Shown here: positions 1 to 11,781 of the stretch, piece after piece | Numbering within the stretch: the first letter of the stretch is position 1 | Layout: each line of letters begins with the position of its first letter | NCBI GenBank assembly: GCA_046563655.1 | Contig: CM102284.1 | Location: 7,130,001-7,194,000 of the forward strand | Source: Yuukianura sp. NJ FZ-2021 | Lineage: Eukaryota | Length of the DNA stretch: 64,000 bases | Direction: 5' to 3' | Notes under the pieces: model-generated | Databases searched by the model: none | What the model saw: the letters and a program-made list of their open reading frames with translations, nothing else | Told to the model about the DNA's origin: nothing | Made by a program: the position numbers and the translations under genes

Positions 1-57
1 AGGCCGAAAAAATCATTAATTGGATCACACTCAAATGGAAACTATGATTTGACTTAC

Positions 58-593
58 CTGTCAAACGTCAGAGATACTCGATGCTTCGTTTCAGTCCTGC
101 TGCTAGTACCAACTGGAGGGTCAAGGACAGGGTCAGTCGTTGCCTCACTCGACGTTCTACTCGTAACACTTCCGGAAAGATGAAAACCTATCAGTGAATA
201 TCACATGTTCGGTCAGTTCTTAACATTAACATCACCAATTACATGTAAATACTTATGTTTATGTTTTTGTGAAGTGAAAGTTTTTTTGCGGTTTACCATA
301 CTATGATTTGTTTATATTTGATGAATCCATAGATTTGAGAGCTTACCGACTTGAACGACCTTGGCCACTCTTCCAGAATCCAGAATACTGAGACCACGTT
401 CCCAATTGGACAGACCACCTTCCCAGCCCCCTCCAGCATAAACTTTGACCTCAGTTTCATCCTGTGGAAACGCCTCTTTGACAATGGACAGGATCACTGG
501 AGTCGGTATTTGGGAGTACAGCTCTTCGATGTACTGGAACGGGAAGTTGCGGGCAACGACCCTGGAGCTAAGGTCAAGGAGCGAGGAGGTCAT
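58..593 (-). CDS. ZSWIM4/5/6-like SWIM zinc-finger cullin-adaptor protein, N-terminal part (exons 593-347 and 187-58; continues beyond the left edge)
   Basis: Spliced translation MTSSLLDLSSRVVARNFPFQYIEELYSQIPTPVILSIVKEAFPQDETEVKVY...[25 protein letters not shown]...HRVSLTFDR matches the ZSWIM N-terminal pattern (SLLD..A...PFQ..EE...IP.PV, QVGFHLSG, FDR). GTAAG donors at 346 and 57; TAG acceptor at 188. Start codon uncertain: in-frame stop upstream and a possible acceptor near 607. Confidence 0.8.
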
Positions 594-3500
594 CTCTTCA
601 GCCAAGCTGAACAAGGTAACCACCACTTCTTTTCTTCCCTAACCTTGCTTAAACTCTACTCTGCTGTCTTAAGCCACTTTCGCACTTCTGGAAGAGGTTG
701 AGTTGCGGAAGGTCATGACTCATTGGAATGAATCAGTTTGGTCACTCTTAATTCGGTTTTTCCCTGGACCAATACTGGCAGTAGTAAGTTAGTAAGCAGC
801 AGCAGTAAAGAATTCTACCCGTTTGATTAATATTCCGAAGAAGGGAGTCTCGTAGTGATAGTGGTGGTAGTGAATAATAAAAATCTAAAGGGGAGATCCG
901 ACGCATGGAAGGTACACTGCACAGAGGCTACACTAAAGTAAACGGGCTTAGCTAAGCCTCTGATGCTGCTGAACTGCAAAGAACAAGGAAAATTTTCCCC
1001 TTTTCATGAATTTTTTCTTCAAACTTTTGGTTTTTTCTTCAAACTAAAAGCTATACGGTCCATGGCTTCTTCGCTTCGGGTAAAAGTTTTTGTTCCGTCG
1101 AAATTTTTTTTCCTTCTGGTGTAGCCGGCCCTGATCTTTAGGGAAAATCTTTTTTTCAAGTCATAAACTTAAACCTGAACTCGGAGGTTGAGGACCAGAG
1201 AGAGGCTGTGATCTCTGAGAGAGTTTTAGAGAGGAGATACATCGAACAGTGTTAAGGTTTTGAACGATGTTGGAAGATGAGAATCCTTGAGAAAAAGCAG
1301 TTTAGTCCCAGTTCTATTGACCTCAGGAAAGGAAATCTCGATTGTCTTGTTGCAATTCAAAAGCAGGAGGCCCTTATTGTCCCAGCAAAAAGGCTCCCTC
1401 TTTTTTTCGAAAAGAGCTTTCAAAATTTGTTGAGAAAATTCAAGGGTCCCTGTGTCCTGGAAGATGCTTTGGCTAGGGCTAATACCTCTTCAAGCCTCCT
1501 CGAAGTCCCCTCTTGCTCTCTTTTTGCTAACCTTTTTTTGAAAATGGATTGCAGTGATTTAAATTTCAAAATTTCTTTGAGATTTCGAAAACCCTCTTCT
1601 TCGGGTATTCTCTGACTGAACGGCGTTTACCGTTGGTAGACCGTGATTTTAAAAAGCGGGCAACTGCCAACCGGTTCTAAATTTTTTGAAGATACGGTGT
1701 GGACCGCCGCGGTGGAGTAAGGGTGGGCCTGGAAGGAGCAACATTTGGATTGTATTTGATATTTGTTCCATGGGAGGCAGGTTGTGCCAAACGGAGAATC
1801 GATGGGAAAGGCAAAGGGAGGGAGAAGCCTCTCCTAATCATAAAACTTAATTGAACGAAATTGATCTCCGTTGGGCCCACGGTCATGCAAAGATCCTGGA
1901 AGGACTAGGGACAGGAGGAGTGTGGAGTAGAATGCTGGAAGTGGAACTGGAAGAACCGATTTTGAAATGCATTTCGAATGGGAGCGGCTTTTTTAAAATT
2001 TAAAATTCCAGAATGTTTAGAACAAGAGGGGAGCGAAATTGAAATCCAATGTTGATGGGAGAAAGCAGGAGAAAGGTCTGGGGAGAGAAAGATTTGGAAA
2101 TTTCGAATTTTGAAAGCATTGTAGAATGAATCAGCCACTTAAAAAACTACCGTAACTGGAAATTTCAAGTAATTTCAACTGCACAACAAAAACTAAAATT
2201 TTGTGCGGAGTTTAATAACATTTTCGTTTTTGTTTTTGATAAAATTTCGTCTAAAATTTTGAACTTCGTTGGCTTCCAGGCATGGCAGTGTACATAAATC
2301 TACAAAATTTTGGTATTTTACTGGGGAATAGAAATGCTTTTCTTCTAAACGGCGTGGCATCTCTGAGAAATTAGTTTTATGGGTAAAATTGAATTTGGAT
2401 TGAAAACTTTAGGATTTGCTGTGCTTCAAAATTTTGACTTAAACAAGATTAAGGTCAAGGAGAGCCTTAAGGGTACTGGAGTAGGAGTGCAGTGGATTGT
2501 CGGAATTAAGACACTTTGGATTTGGTTTTTGGACACTATCCAATCAATTCCTGTCACTTCGTGCATGTCCAGTTCCGTTTGGTATAGTTGGTGACATGAG
2601 GTCATGAATAAGGGAGGGCTACAAGGGAGTACTTGCTCAATTATTAAACGTTGCGTGTTTGATTTCCAAGACTTCTGAACAAGCGATGTGGTCCGACTAA
2701 GGGATCCTTCATCTCCTGGTCCACCCCTTGACTTTCACCACAATAATTACAGAGCTCGGAACGAAATTTTGAAGTTGTCCTCAATTTTTTGCAATTTTGA
2801 AGTAGACCTCAATTTTTTTTTACTCATTTTTGGAAGTAACACCACGAATATTGGCTCATTTTGGAAAATTTTGTTGTTCAAAGAACTAGTTACAAAATTT
2901 AAAAGTTAAAGTTAAACTAAACTCGAAGGAAAAAGATATGAAAAATTTGTGCCAAAAGAAATTGGGGTTTTAATTTTTGAGATTTTGAGGTTTGTTCTGG
3001 ATTTTCAGTTTCAATTTATGTCGATCATTTTTATGCTTGCAAATTCCATAAGTTTTTTGGCATAAAAACTCGGAATTTTTGGTCTGAAGAGTCGTTTTGG
3101 TATTTTTCTTGAAGAGGAAAATTGAGATTTATTCAGTTTTTTTTCGAAGGTTAATTAAAGGCGTAGGAGGACTGGAAACTTGTTTTCGTCTTTATAAGAG
3201 TGTTGAGGTGTGCCTTGCCATGCTTTGATATTCTGGTTGCTCATTTCTTATTAATCCTTGAACTAGTAAGTCCAAGTAAGGCGTCCTTCCAAAATGTCCA
3301 GAAAACCGGGTTTGAGAAGTTTTCCAATTGCCAATTCATGCTAATTAGCGTTCTTTCCTCCCCATTGTCCTTACCAAAGACACTTTTATGCACAGTACCA
3401 GAAAGTACCAGTGGTGCGACTAGATTCGCAACAAACCAAAACCTGAAGTGGTTTAGTCATGAAAGTCCGGTCTGTGCCAAAAGCAGGTTTGTCCTCCAAG

Positions 3501-5557
3501 CACATTGCAAAAGTTGCAATTTAATTGTACAACTTACCCAGTTCACCTTCTTTGCAACTCTTTCATTCCAATTCCAAACTCTCCAGAACAAACAACGTTA
3601 GGCGAAACCTATGTTAGTAACCTAAAAAACGAATCACGGAAGCGGTCCAACCCCCTTCTTTTCCGTCCCGCCTGTAGTGCGATTACTTGCCAAAATTGTA
3701 GTAATTTGCAACTGGAGCAACATCTCACGACAGAAGTGATCACAAGTGCTAGTGACGTGTTTTGCAAAATCAGAAAATGGGCAGGTCATAGGGCATAATC
3801 TATTCGCTTCAAGCGTCATTTTAGAACAAGAAGCGTGCCAGGGCAGCGACGAGGAACAGCCTTCCTGGCACGTTCAAATTTTTAAATTTACGTTTTGTTT
3901 TTAATTTGGATTTGATTCAGCGCCAGAGAAAAAATTGTGTTTTTCTAACGTGAATGAAAATATTTTTGGAACATTATTTGTTGGTGTTCGGCGTTAAAAC
4001 TTGACAGCTTACAAGTTATTTTAATTTACAAAATTTGAAAAATGCGCAGCCTCGGATCCTAATCTTGGAATGACTATTAGAATCTCCAGCTTTTCTGTTT
4101 AGGAAATCCTATTTTTCGTATTGTAAATATGAAACAAAGATTTTATTTTTTTTTTTGAAATTTTTGAAAACTGAACAGAACAGCTACGTTTTCTTTCATC
4201 AGCCTTGATCTCCTTTTCAGATTTGTATTGTTTTCAAAAAAAAGTGAAAGTGATGATAGACGCATCCAGTATTTTTCCGTCCGATGTTACAAAGTCTTAT
4301 CTGAAACTGAAGTTTTGAGTCATTTAGTGCAAGTTTTAGATAAAATTGCAAATTTTGTGCAAAAGTGAAAGTTGACAACAAAAACACTGATTAAGGCGAG
4401 AAAGAGGTAAAAACATAAACACGCATGTTTTTCACTGTCTGAAAGTGACACTTTAAAACACGTCATGGATTTTGGCACGAAGACCCTGATTTTTGCAAAT
4501 TGCAAATTTGGAAAGGTCGTTAATTCTGTTACAAATTTGACTCGGTACATCTTTCAAGATCATTATACTAGGAAGCACACGGACTAGGAACAAGCGGTTG
4601 ACATGAAAGGCTTTCTTCTAGATGCTAAAATTACTAAAATACTAAAAAGATCTGAAGCGTTATCTGGTTCTTGCTAAAAGGGCTAACTTCTTTAATAGAT
4701 TTAGATACAGTATGGTTACTCTCGATTTTCGAAAGAGGGTATTTAGAACAGGGTGGTTAGGTTTTTAGTATAGGAGTTATTGGCAATAATTCAACGGTGA
4801 GTCTTTTATTTTTTGCAAAAGATAGGCCGAAGTGCGTACAGTGTTTCTTAAGCTTTAGATTTTTATAGAATAAATGGGCTTAGCACATGTCTTAGTCAAA
4901 GCATTTCAGTTTTAGGACGACCAGAACACACATCACGCAAAGAATAAAGAAGATTTGTAAGGGTTGTTCTAAATTTTTAAAGTTTTTGGAAAGTTGCAAG
5001 TTTGGCTTTTCAATTTTTTCGAACTTTGGTTTTCTTTTTTTTCGCACTTTGTCATCGTAAAGTACTTAACACTAGACAGATATCTTCAGCTTCCTTGTTA
5101 AAAACGTCATGGCTTTAATCACTCTGTGTACAATTATGTCACCAATTTGTGGTGAAAATTTACGTTACTGAGTTATGTCAACACTGTTAATCTATTCAAG
5201 TATTATGTGTTGAGGTTAGGGCGTTTATTTGCCAAAAATCTACTTGAACTGTGCTTCTTCTTCCCCTGTCTTCCAACAAATCATTTCCTTTAGCGATTGC
5301 AATTTTCAATTTCAAGTACATTAGTGAATATTACTTAGCAAACTTTGCAAGTGGAAATCCTTGGTTGCAATTTACTCGCAAATATTAACAAATTTACACT
5401 TTCTCACACAGGTCAGCATTGTGGTTCCATTTCCGTTTGCTACCAAAGGATCCAAGGACGAAGCCCACCCTGTCTATTGTTCTCGCGTCTGCCCTGAGGG
5501 CTTGGAGGCTTCATCTTCTGTCTGAAGCCTATTGCTGTAAATTAGTGGAACTACAAA

Positions 5558-7626
5558 ATGGGGATCAAAGATGACGGCCTTGACCTTCATCGAAACAGTT
5601 ACAAATACCATCAACTGGATGAGGACGCCGGAGATGAGGTCAGCAAGGGGGCAGGTACAGGCTCATTCTTCAACGGGCACGGTCCAACTCACATCATCGA
5701 CTTGGAAGATCCAGACAGTGACATGGAATTGTTTGTTCAACCAAATTCCTTCGTAAGTTCTGGTTCATCTTTTTCCGAAAAAGCTATTCATCACTGTAGT
5801 GCCGATTTTTATGAGAGGAATTTCTTCAGAATGCTAACTTTGGCAAGCTCTTATTGAAACTTCCGGCGTGCTGAAAACAGCTCTCATTTAGTAGTATATA
5901 AAAAGTGATAGATTCGTTTTTTTCTTTTCTTTTTTACAGGATGTGAACAGGAACTGGTTTCGCAAAGGCACAGAAGATTTGTTCCGAAAGTTACCTGGTG
6001 GACTGGGGCATGAACAGATTCATTGTCCGCCTCCGTTCTCAACCCAGCCAAAGTATCCAAAGGAAAAGATGAAGACGGTCATGACCTTTGGCCTCGTTCT
6101 GGTCTCCCTCTTCCTGAACTCAATTTCAATTGCCTTGACGCATGACAGAGTACCGGACGGTCCGCCACTTCCGGACGTTATGCAATTCCTTCCAGAATTT
6201 CCGCAACTCATGACGCTTCCAGACGTTCTGGTCATGTTTACTATGGTCTCTTGCTTTTTAACGGTTATCATCCATCGCTACAGGTAAATTTTTGTAAAAA
6301 GAAAAAACAGAAGTGTGACATTTTTTTTGTTAGGTTTTTTGAGAAGATTTTATAGCTACAAATACACGCCATATAAAAATTAATTAAGCTAATCCGTGGC
6401 TTTCAAGCAGAAATTAGCGGTACAAGAACTGAAAATTTTTAAAAAGGCGTTAGGAAATAGCAAACGAAAAAAGATAATTTTCACTGAAATTCTTAATATT
6501 TTTTTTTGCTTTCATCTCTGCAAATTTTACTTCGTACTGGGCTGAAAGTCGTCCCTTGGCTAAAATTTTGAACGTCGTTTTTATTTTTCAATTTTGTTTT
6601 GTTTTTCGCAGATGGATTGTCGCTCGTCGAGTGTTCTTCATGCTCTCTATGTTATACACAATGCGCTCAATAACAATGTACTCAACGGTTTTGCCAGTAG
6701 CCAACTACACTGTGTACTGTTCTCCAAAATTAAATACAACGTCAGCATCAGTAGTACTGGCTCGTGCTGCAGAACTTCTTGGAGGCGGTGGAATGCAGAT
6801 TAGTGGACAAAAGAAATCTTGTGGAGACTACATCTACAGTGGCCAGTGAGTCAGTCTCACATCTGTAACTTTTTCTTAACAGTAATCGTCAATTAACACT
6901 TCAACATTCAATTTGAAAAATTTGTACAAGTAATCCTTGACCTAATTAATTTTTCTTTTCATTTCTTTTAGTACAGTGATTCTGGTGTGTGGATACCTCA
7001 TTCTCAAGGAGTGTAAGATCCAGCTTAAATGATTTTGAAATCTGTTCTTTGTATCAAATTCAAAAGCATTTCTGAAAAGACAGATCTGGAATCTCAAAGC
7101 TAACAGATCTCTTTAAATTTCTTACAGATTCGCCTCGCAAGTTTTCAATTCTACACTGGATCTCATGGGCAATGAGCTGGTGTGGTATGAGCGTTTTACT
7201 TTTGGCACGAGGCCACTACACTATTGATGTCTTAATAGGCTACTATGCAGCTACGCGTGTCTTTTGGACATATCATTCCCTATGTAATAATCAAAATCTG
7301 AAGGTAAACCTTAATTTAAACTTAACTAACCATTATGAATTTGGCTAGGATTTCGAATTGCTCAACCTGTGCTATTTCAATTCTTTAGAGGAAATGGACA
7401 CGAGACAGTTAATTAACGGGTAGCCGTTTGTTGAGAATGAATTAATGACAATGATTTATTGGATTGTGATTGACAGACAAGGACTGAGGACAACTATCAT
7501 TCCAACGTCTGGTGGTTTCCATTGTTCCAGTACTTGGAAGGAAATGTCACAGGTCGTGTACCTCGAGAGTACTCCTTACCGTGGTCACTAGAGAAACATA
7601 AACTGAGACACTGGATATTCAGATAG
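5558..7626 (+). CDS. Sphingomyelin synthase (phosphatidylcholine:ceramide cholinephosphotransferase), SMS1/2-type without SAM domain, 379 aa; exons 5558-5752, 5940-6283, 6612-6845, 6972-7012, 7128-7303, 7477-7626
   Basis: Six GT-AG exons join in frame (1140 nt). SMS motifs present: HDRVP..PPLPD, RRVFF...Y.MR.ITM..T.LP, CGDYIYSGHT and HYTIDVLIGYYAATRVFWTYH. A 5' UTR acceptor at 5411 implies an upstream non-coding exon (candidate donor GTGAGT at 4797). Confidence 0.93.
6348..6472 (+). repeat. Dispersed repeat fragment, copy A (SMS intron 2)
   Basis: TTTATAGCTAC...ACGCCAyATAAAAATTAATT...CAGAAATTAGC...CTGAAAATTTTT...GGCGT.AGGA.ATAGCAA aligns by eye with 7946-8070. Confidence 0.7.
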
Positions 7627-7945
7627 CCTTAATCAAGTTACTAACTATACTTGCATGTACTCAAACTCTGGATCTTCATTAGCCTTATTCTCATTTTTAA
7701 ATTCTAAACAAACGAAACTACAGTCTTCGTATTTTCTAAACAGAAAAATCCATTTTCTAAAATGCCTTCATCTTTACAGAGCTTTCCAGTGACAATGAAA
7801 TTAACAAAATAAAACAAATCTCAAGTCAGTTGCAGTAATAATTTTAACATTTATGATTAACTAAATTGCGAAAATAATTAATTAGGAAAAGGGGTAATTG
7901 TTTTGCTAAAAATATTTGATGCTGGCCGCTGGAGTAAGTGAGGAG

Positions 7946-8070
7946 TTTTTATAGCTACGACTAGACGCCACATAAAAATTAATTTATCTCATGTAAGGTA
8001 TTTAAACAGAAATTAGCAGCACGAAAGCTGAAAATTTTTTAAACGGCGTGAGGATATAGCAAGCTAAAAA
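7946..8070 (+). repeat. Dispersed repeat fragment, copy B (downstream of SMS)
   Basis: Diverged direct copy of 6348-6472. Confidence 0.7.
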
Positions 8071-8442
8071 ATTCTAATTTTGACTAGAATTTAATGGTTT
8101 AACAACAAAATATAAGCCGGCATACGAATATGTTGAGATCTTCAACTGTTTGAATATAAAAATTTGATTATTCCATGATTTGAACTTCAAAAATAATGAA
8201 TTCCGTGAAATTTTTGGAAACACATTTTGAAACTGCAATTTTTGCAAAATTTTTGCACTACAGTGTGCGAAATCCAGTTCTGCAACTTCATCTGATCGAT
8301 GGAGTCGAAGAAATTGCAAGAAAGTTGAAATTTTTGGAATTTTATGATTCCGGGGAATTGAAAAGTGACAGGAGTGGATTTTGACAATTTGAGATAGGGG
8401 ATTATACAAAGCAAAAGGGGCTTCCCCTTCTTTGGCTTTTTA

Positions 8443-8629
8443 GCTTTTTTGTATGGGAAGGCCGCCAGCGGGAAAAGAAATTGAGAAAGGTGAGGAGCCT
8501 TTCTGGTTCGCCTAATCCCCGCATAGCTCCGGACACTTTTTCAGAGAGCCTCCAACTTCACAATGGAAAATCTCTTTCCAAAATTTCACAAAATTCAAAA
8601 ACTTAAAAAATTTATATCTCAGGAATGGA
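8443..8629 (+). repeat. Dispersed repeat, copy A of a ~185-bp unit
   Basis: GCTTTTTGTATGGGrAGGCCGCC...GAGGAGCCTTT..GGTTCGCCTAAT..CCGCATAGCTCCGGACACTTTT...AATGGAAAATC...TTTCCAAAATTTCA...ATATCTCAGGAATGGA recurs at 10290-10470. Confidence 0.8.
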
Positions 8630-9083
8630 ATGCGTTATCAACCTAATCTCTTCACATCTAAATTCAGAATGATCTCTAGAATATTTTCAGCATAAAAAAC
8701 TGCAATCGAAAATTTGATTGATTTTTAACAAAAACCATGAACAATAGTCCAGGATTTTTTTTTTTTCAAATTTCATAAAAATTTTGAAGATGCGTTGAGT
8801 GCAAAATTTTCGTAGCCCGCTATGCAAAAAGAAGTTTTGCAAGTTTAATCAAGTGATGGATTCGGAGAAATCTCTGCAAGATTGAAATTTTTAAAATTTT
8901 GCAAAACGAGGACAAACGAATGCTGCCAGCATGTTTTGCAAATTTCTAAAGTGTATTATGTATATAAGATAGTCCGAGACGGAAGAGAAGACATAGATAC
9001 AGTTTTTTTAATTTCGAAATTTCGAAACATTTCAAATGTAAGATTGTTTGCAAATTTTTACGCGAAACTAACGATAAGTGTAA

Positions 9084-10089
9084 AGCGTCCCGCTCACCAA
9101 AGTGAAACGACAGCCGCCGACTGTCGTCGCCACTTTTTCGTCTGACTTTGGGCCAGCACACTGCCCAAAAAGTGAGACGACAACTTTCGTCTCAGAAAGT
9201 GAGACGAAAAGTTTCGTCTCACTTTGACTCATGACACCCGCACACCGGGAGTCAAGTCGCGCGACAACTTTCGTCAGACAAAAGTGAAAAGAATTTTTTC
9301 TTGTCACTTTTGTCGTCGCACCCAGCACACCGCCGAGAGAATCCCTGTCGGCGGCCAGAATCTTGTCGTTTCGGAAAGTTGAACTTTTTCAACTTCCGAG
9401 ACGAAAGTTGTCGGCGCCACTTTTTCTGTGCATACCGCACACCAAATGAGAAGCAAGAATTATCAAACCTCTTGCTTCTTTCAATCAAAACAGTACATTA
9501 TACCACTTATGTGATAGAAAATATGTTAAATATCTTTTTACAGTGTAAATACTACACAATTAAAGATCTCAGTGTTTGAAATTAATTAACCCTTAACTTA
9601 ATTAGTGCAGTAAATACCTATGTGATCCCCTTTGAAGTCACTTTAAAGTCACCTCGGCATAATTCATCAGTATACTAGTTACATACAAGATTCATCATTG
9701 TTGTCTTGTGTAAGCCAGGTATACTAGCATAGCTCTATGCTCCTATGTTTCCTACTCGGTATACTATAATAAGATTTGTAAACAAACCTTAATTTTGAAT
9801 TTATGAGAATGGCGCCAATCTACCCAAGACGGGATTTGGGATGTACAGCACACCAAGTGAAACGAAAGTTGGCCGCCGAACGTCGGTGCTACTTTTTCGT
9901 TTCACTTTGGCAGTGTGCTGTATGCAGAGAAAAAGTGGAGACGAAGAAAGTTCTGCTCCAAAAGTGGCACCGACGCGCCGTCGTTTGAGTCATGGCAGTG
10001 TGCTGTACTCAGATTCTGAAAAGACAAAGTGGAGCCGACAAATCGTCGTCGCCACTTTTTCGGGCCGAAAGTTTGGTGAGCGGGAAGCT
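9084..10089. mobile_element. Non-autonomous TIR DNA element (~1.0 kb), PIF/Harbinger-like from its TAA target duplication
   Basis: 18-bp TIRs, 17/18 identical: AGCGTCCCGCTCACCAAA (9084-9101) versus the reverse complement of 10072-10089. TAA on both flanks (9081-9083, 10090-10092). GC-richer subterminal arms with repeated CAGCACAC, GTCGTCGCCACTTTT and AAAGTGAGACGA motifs. No transposase ORF. Confidence 0.72.
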
Positions 10090-10289
10090 TAAGGATATTT
10101 GCAAAGGAGATGCGGGCGAAGTACTATCGATGGACTTGAGTCGTGAGTTGTACTAGCTGTGAAAATGAGTGTGAGCTCCAACTTCAAGTTTTGAAAGAGT
10201 CTTTTACATGGGAGGCCTTCGGGAGAGCAGAAAAGTAGATCGGAGATTATACGAGGCGAAGAGGCGAGATAGGTCTCCTTCTCTTGTGT

Positions 10290-10470
10290 GCTTTTTGTAT
10301 GGGGAGGCCGCCGCGCCAGCATGAAAAAAGTAGAGGAAGGAGAGGAGCCTTTTGGGTTCGCCTAATAGCCGCATAGCTCCGGACACTTTTCCAAGAGCCT
10401 CTCAAAATCAGAATGGAAAATCCATTTCCAAAATTTCAAAAACTTTCAAAATTCATATCTCAGGAATGGA
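10290..10470 (+). repeat. Dispersed repeat, copy B of a ~185-bp unit
   Basis: Diverged direct copy of 8443-8629. Confidence 0.8.
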
Positions 10471-10815
10471 TTGCAATAAATTGCCAATTCCTTCGCGACT
10501 GAGTTCGCAATAACTCAAAGAATTTTGCAAAGGTAAAAATTATTTTGCAACACACAACAAATTGCATTTTCTACAGTGTATCACTTTGTGCAAACGAGAA
10601 ATATTTCCTGGATTTCGCACACTGCCTCATCATCTCTCTTCACGCGAAAATCTCTGGCAGGGGCAGGACCAGGAGGGAAGAAGAATTCAAATAGAGAAGC
10701 TTAAAGGGAGTGTCCTGTTGTTTGCAATTTCAATTCAACCTGTGAAACAGCTGACATCGTTTAATTGTTAATTAACTTCGTTTGTAAGAATCAATTAGAA
10801 TATAACTGTTCTACT

Positions 10816-11242
10816 ATGGGTGCAGCCGTATTTCCAGTGTTATTCTTCACCATTCTTTGGGGAGCAGTTGGAATCGTACTTCCGTTTCTAGTTCCAAAAG
10901 GACCGAATCAAGGGTAACTAACTTCACAAGTTTTAAACATGAAATTTAAGAATCGTAGTTTATTTTGTACTGTTTTTATGAAGCTACATGCTTTAGCAAT
11001 TGTGTTTGCTTATATTTCAGAGTCCTTCGCCTTGTCCTTATGTTAACAGGAGCGACATGCTGGTTATTGTAAGTGCAACATGTAGATCTGGAATGATAAA
11101 CCTATACTGGAACTTAAGTGACGATTAATTCTTCAATTGCAGTTGGCTATGCTGTTACATGGCCCAGATGAATCCTTTGATCGGTCCCATCCTAAAGCAG
11201 AAGACGGCCCTGCTTATTCATCAGAACTGGAACCAACCTTAA
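10816..11242 (+). CDS. ATP6V0E: V-type proton ATPase V0 subunit e (M9.7), 81 aa; exons 10816-10913, 11021-11068, 11143-11242
   Basis: Spliced translation MGAAVFPVLFFTILWGAVGIVLPFLVPKGPNQGVLRLVLMLTGATCWLFWLCCYMAQMNPLIGPILKQKTALLIHQNWNQP contains the family signatures PKGPN.G and CWLFWL..Y.AQ.NPL.GP. Introns are canonical. Not in the ORF track. Confidence 0.95.
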
Positions 11243-11781
11243 ACCATTGCTCCATTCCAATAATTGTCGCAGTATCGTCGTCAGCATCACACATTTATCA
11301 GTCAACCTTAATGTGATTTCACTATCCATTCACCTTAGATTTATCGCTAAAACTTTAATGTAATTGCGATTTGCTATTTATGTTTTTGCCAGTCTTCATT
11401 TTCTAGATCTTGAGTAAAATAGACATCCGTAGACTCGCCAGGAACTTGTCATATTGAATTTATTCTTACAACACCCTATTTGAGCACCTCTCCTCAAGAA
11501 CGGGTAAAGGGAACCTAAAACTTGTAAACAAAATGAAATAGGAGTTAATTCAAAAAAGTTAACTGAAAAAAAATTAACACTAATTCTAACAGAATGACCC
11601 ACTCTCGGTCTCAACAAGTCAAAATAGTAAAGATAAAGCAAATTAAAGTGTAAGTAAATCTTAAAAAGTCAGCCTTAAGAAACTCGAACAGTGAACGGAC
11701 GTTGTAAGTGATGATGATTCTTCCTCAGTATTCTGGTGTCAGTCATGTTTGCAATAGTTTATGGAAGCTTGTTCGTTCAAC

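Noticed and set aside
1226-2140. ORFs upstream of the ZSWIM-like exons
   Set aside because: No recognisable protein in the listed ORFs or in the minus-strand frame I translated; probably 5' UTR or intron of the ZSWIM-like gene.
3834-3872. Short hairpin CGTGCCAGG...CCTGGCACG in the divergent ZSWIM/SMS upstream region
   Set aside because: Only a 9-bp stem, with no recognisable RNA family or second copy.
9100-9430. Repeated palindromic motifs superficially resembling a CRISPR array
   Set aside because: Eukaryotic context, degenerate and irregularly spaced repeats, no cas genes; explained by transposon subterminal repeats.
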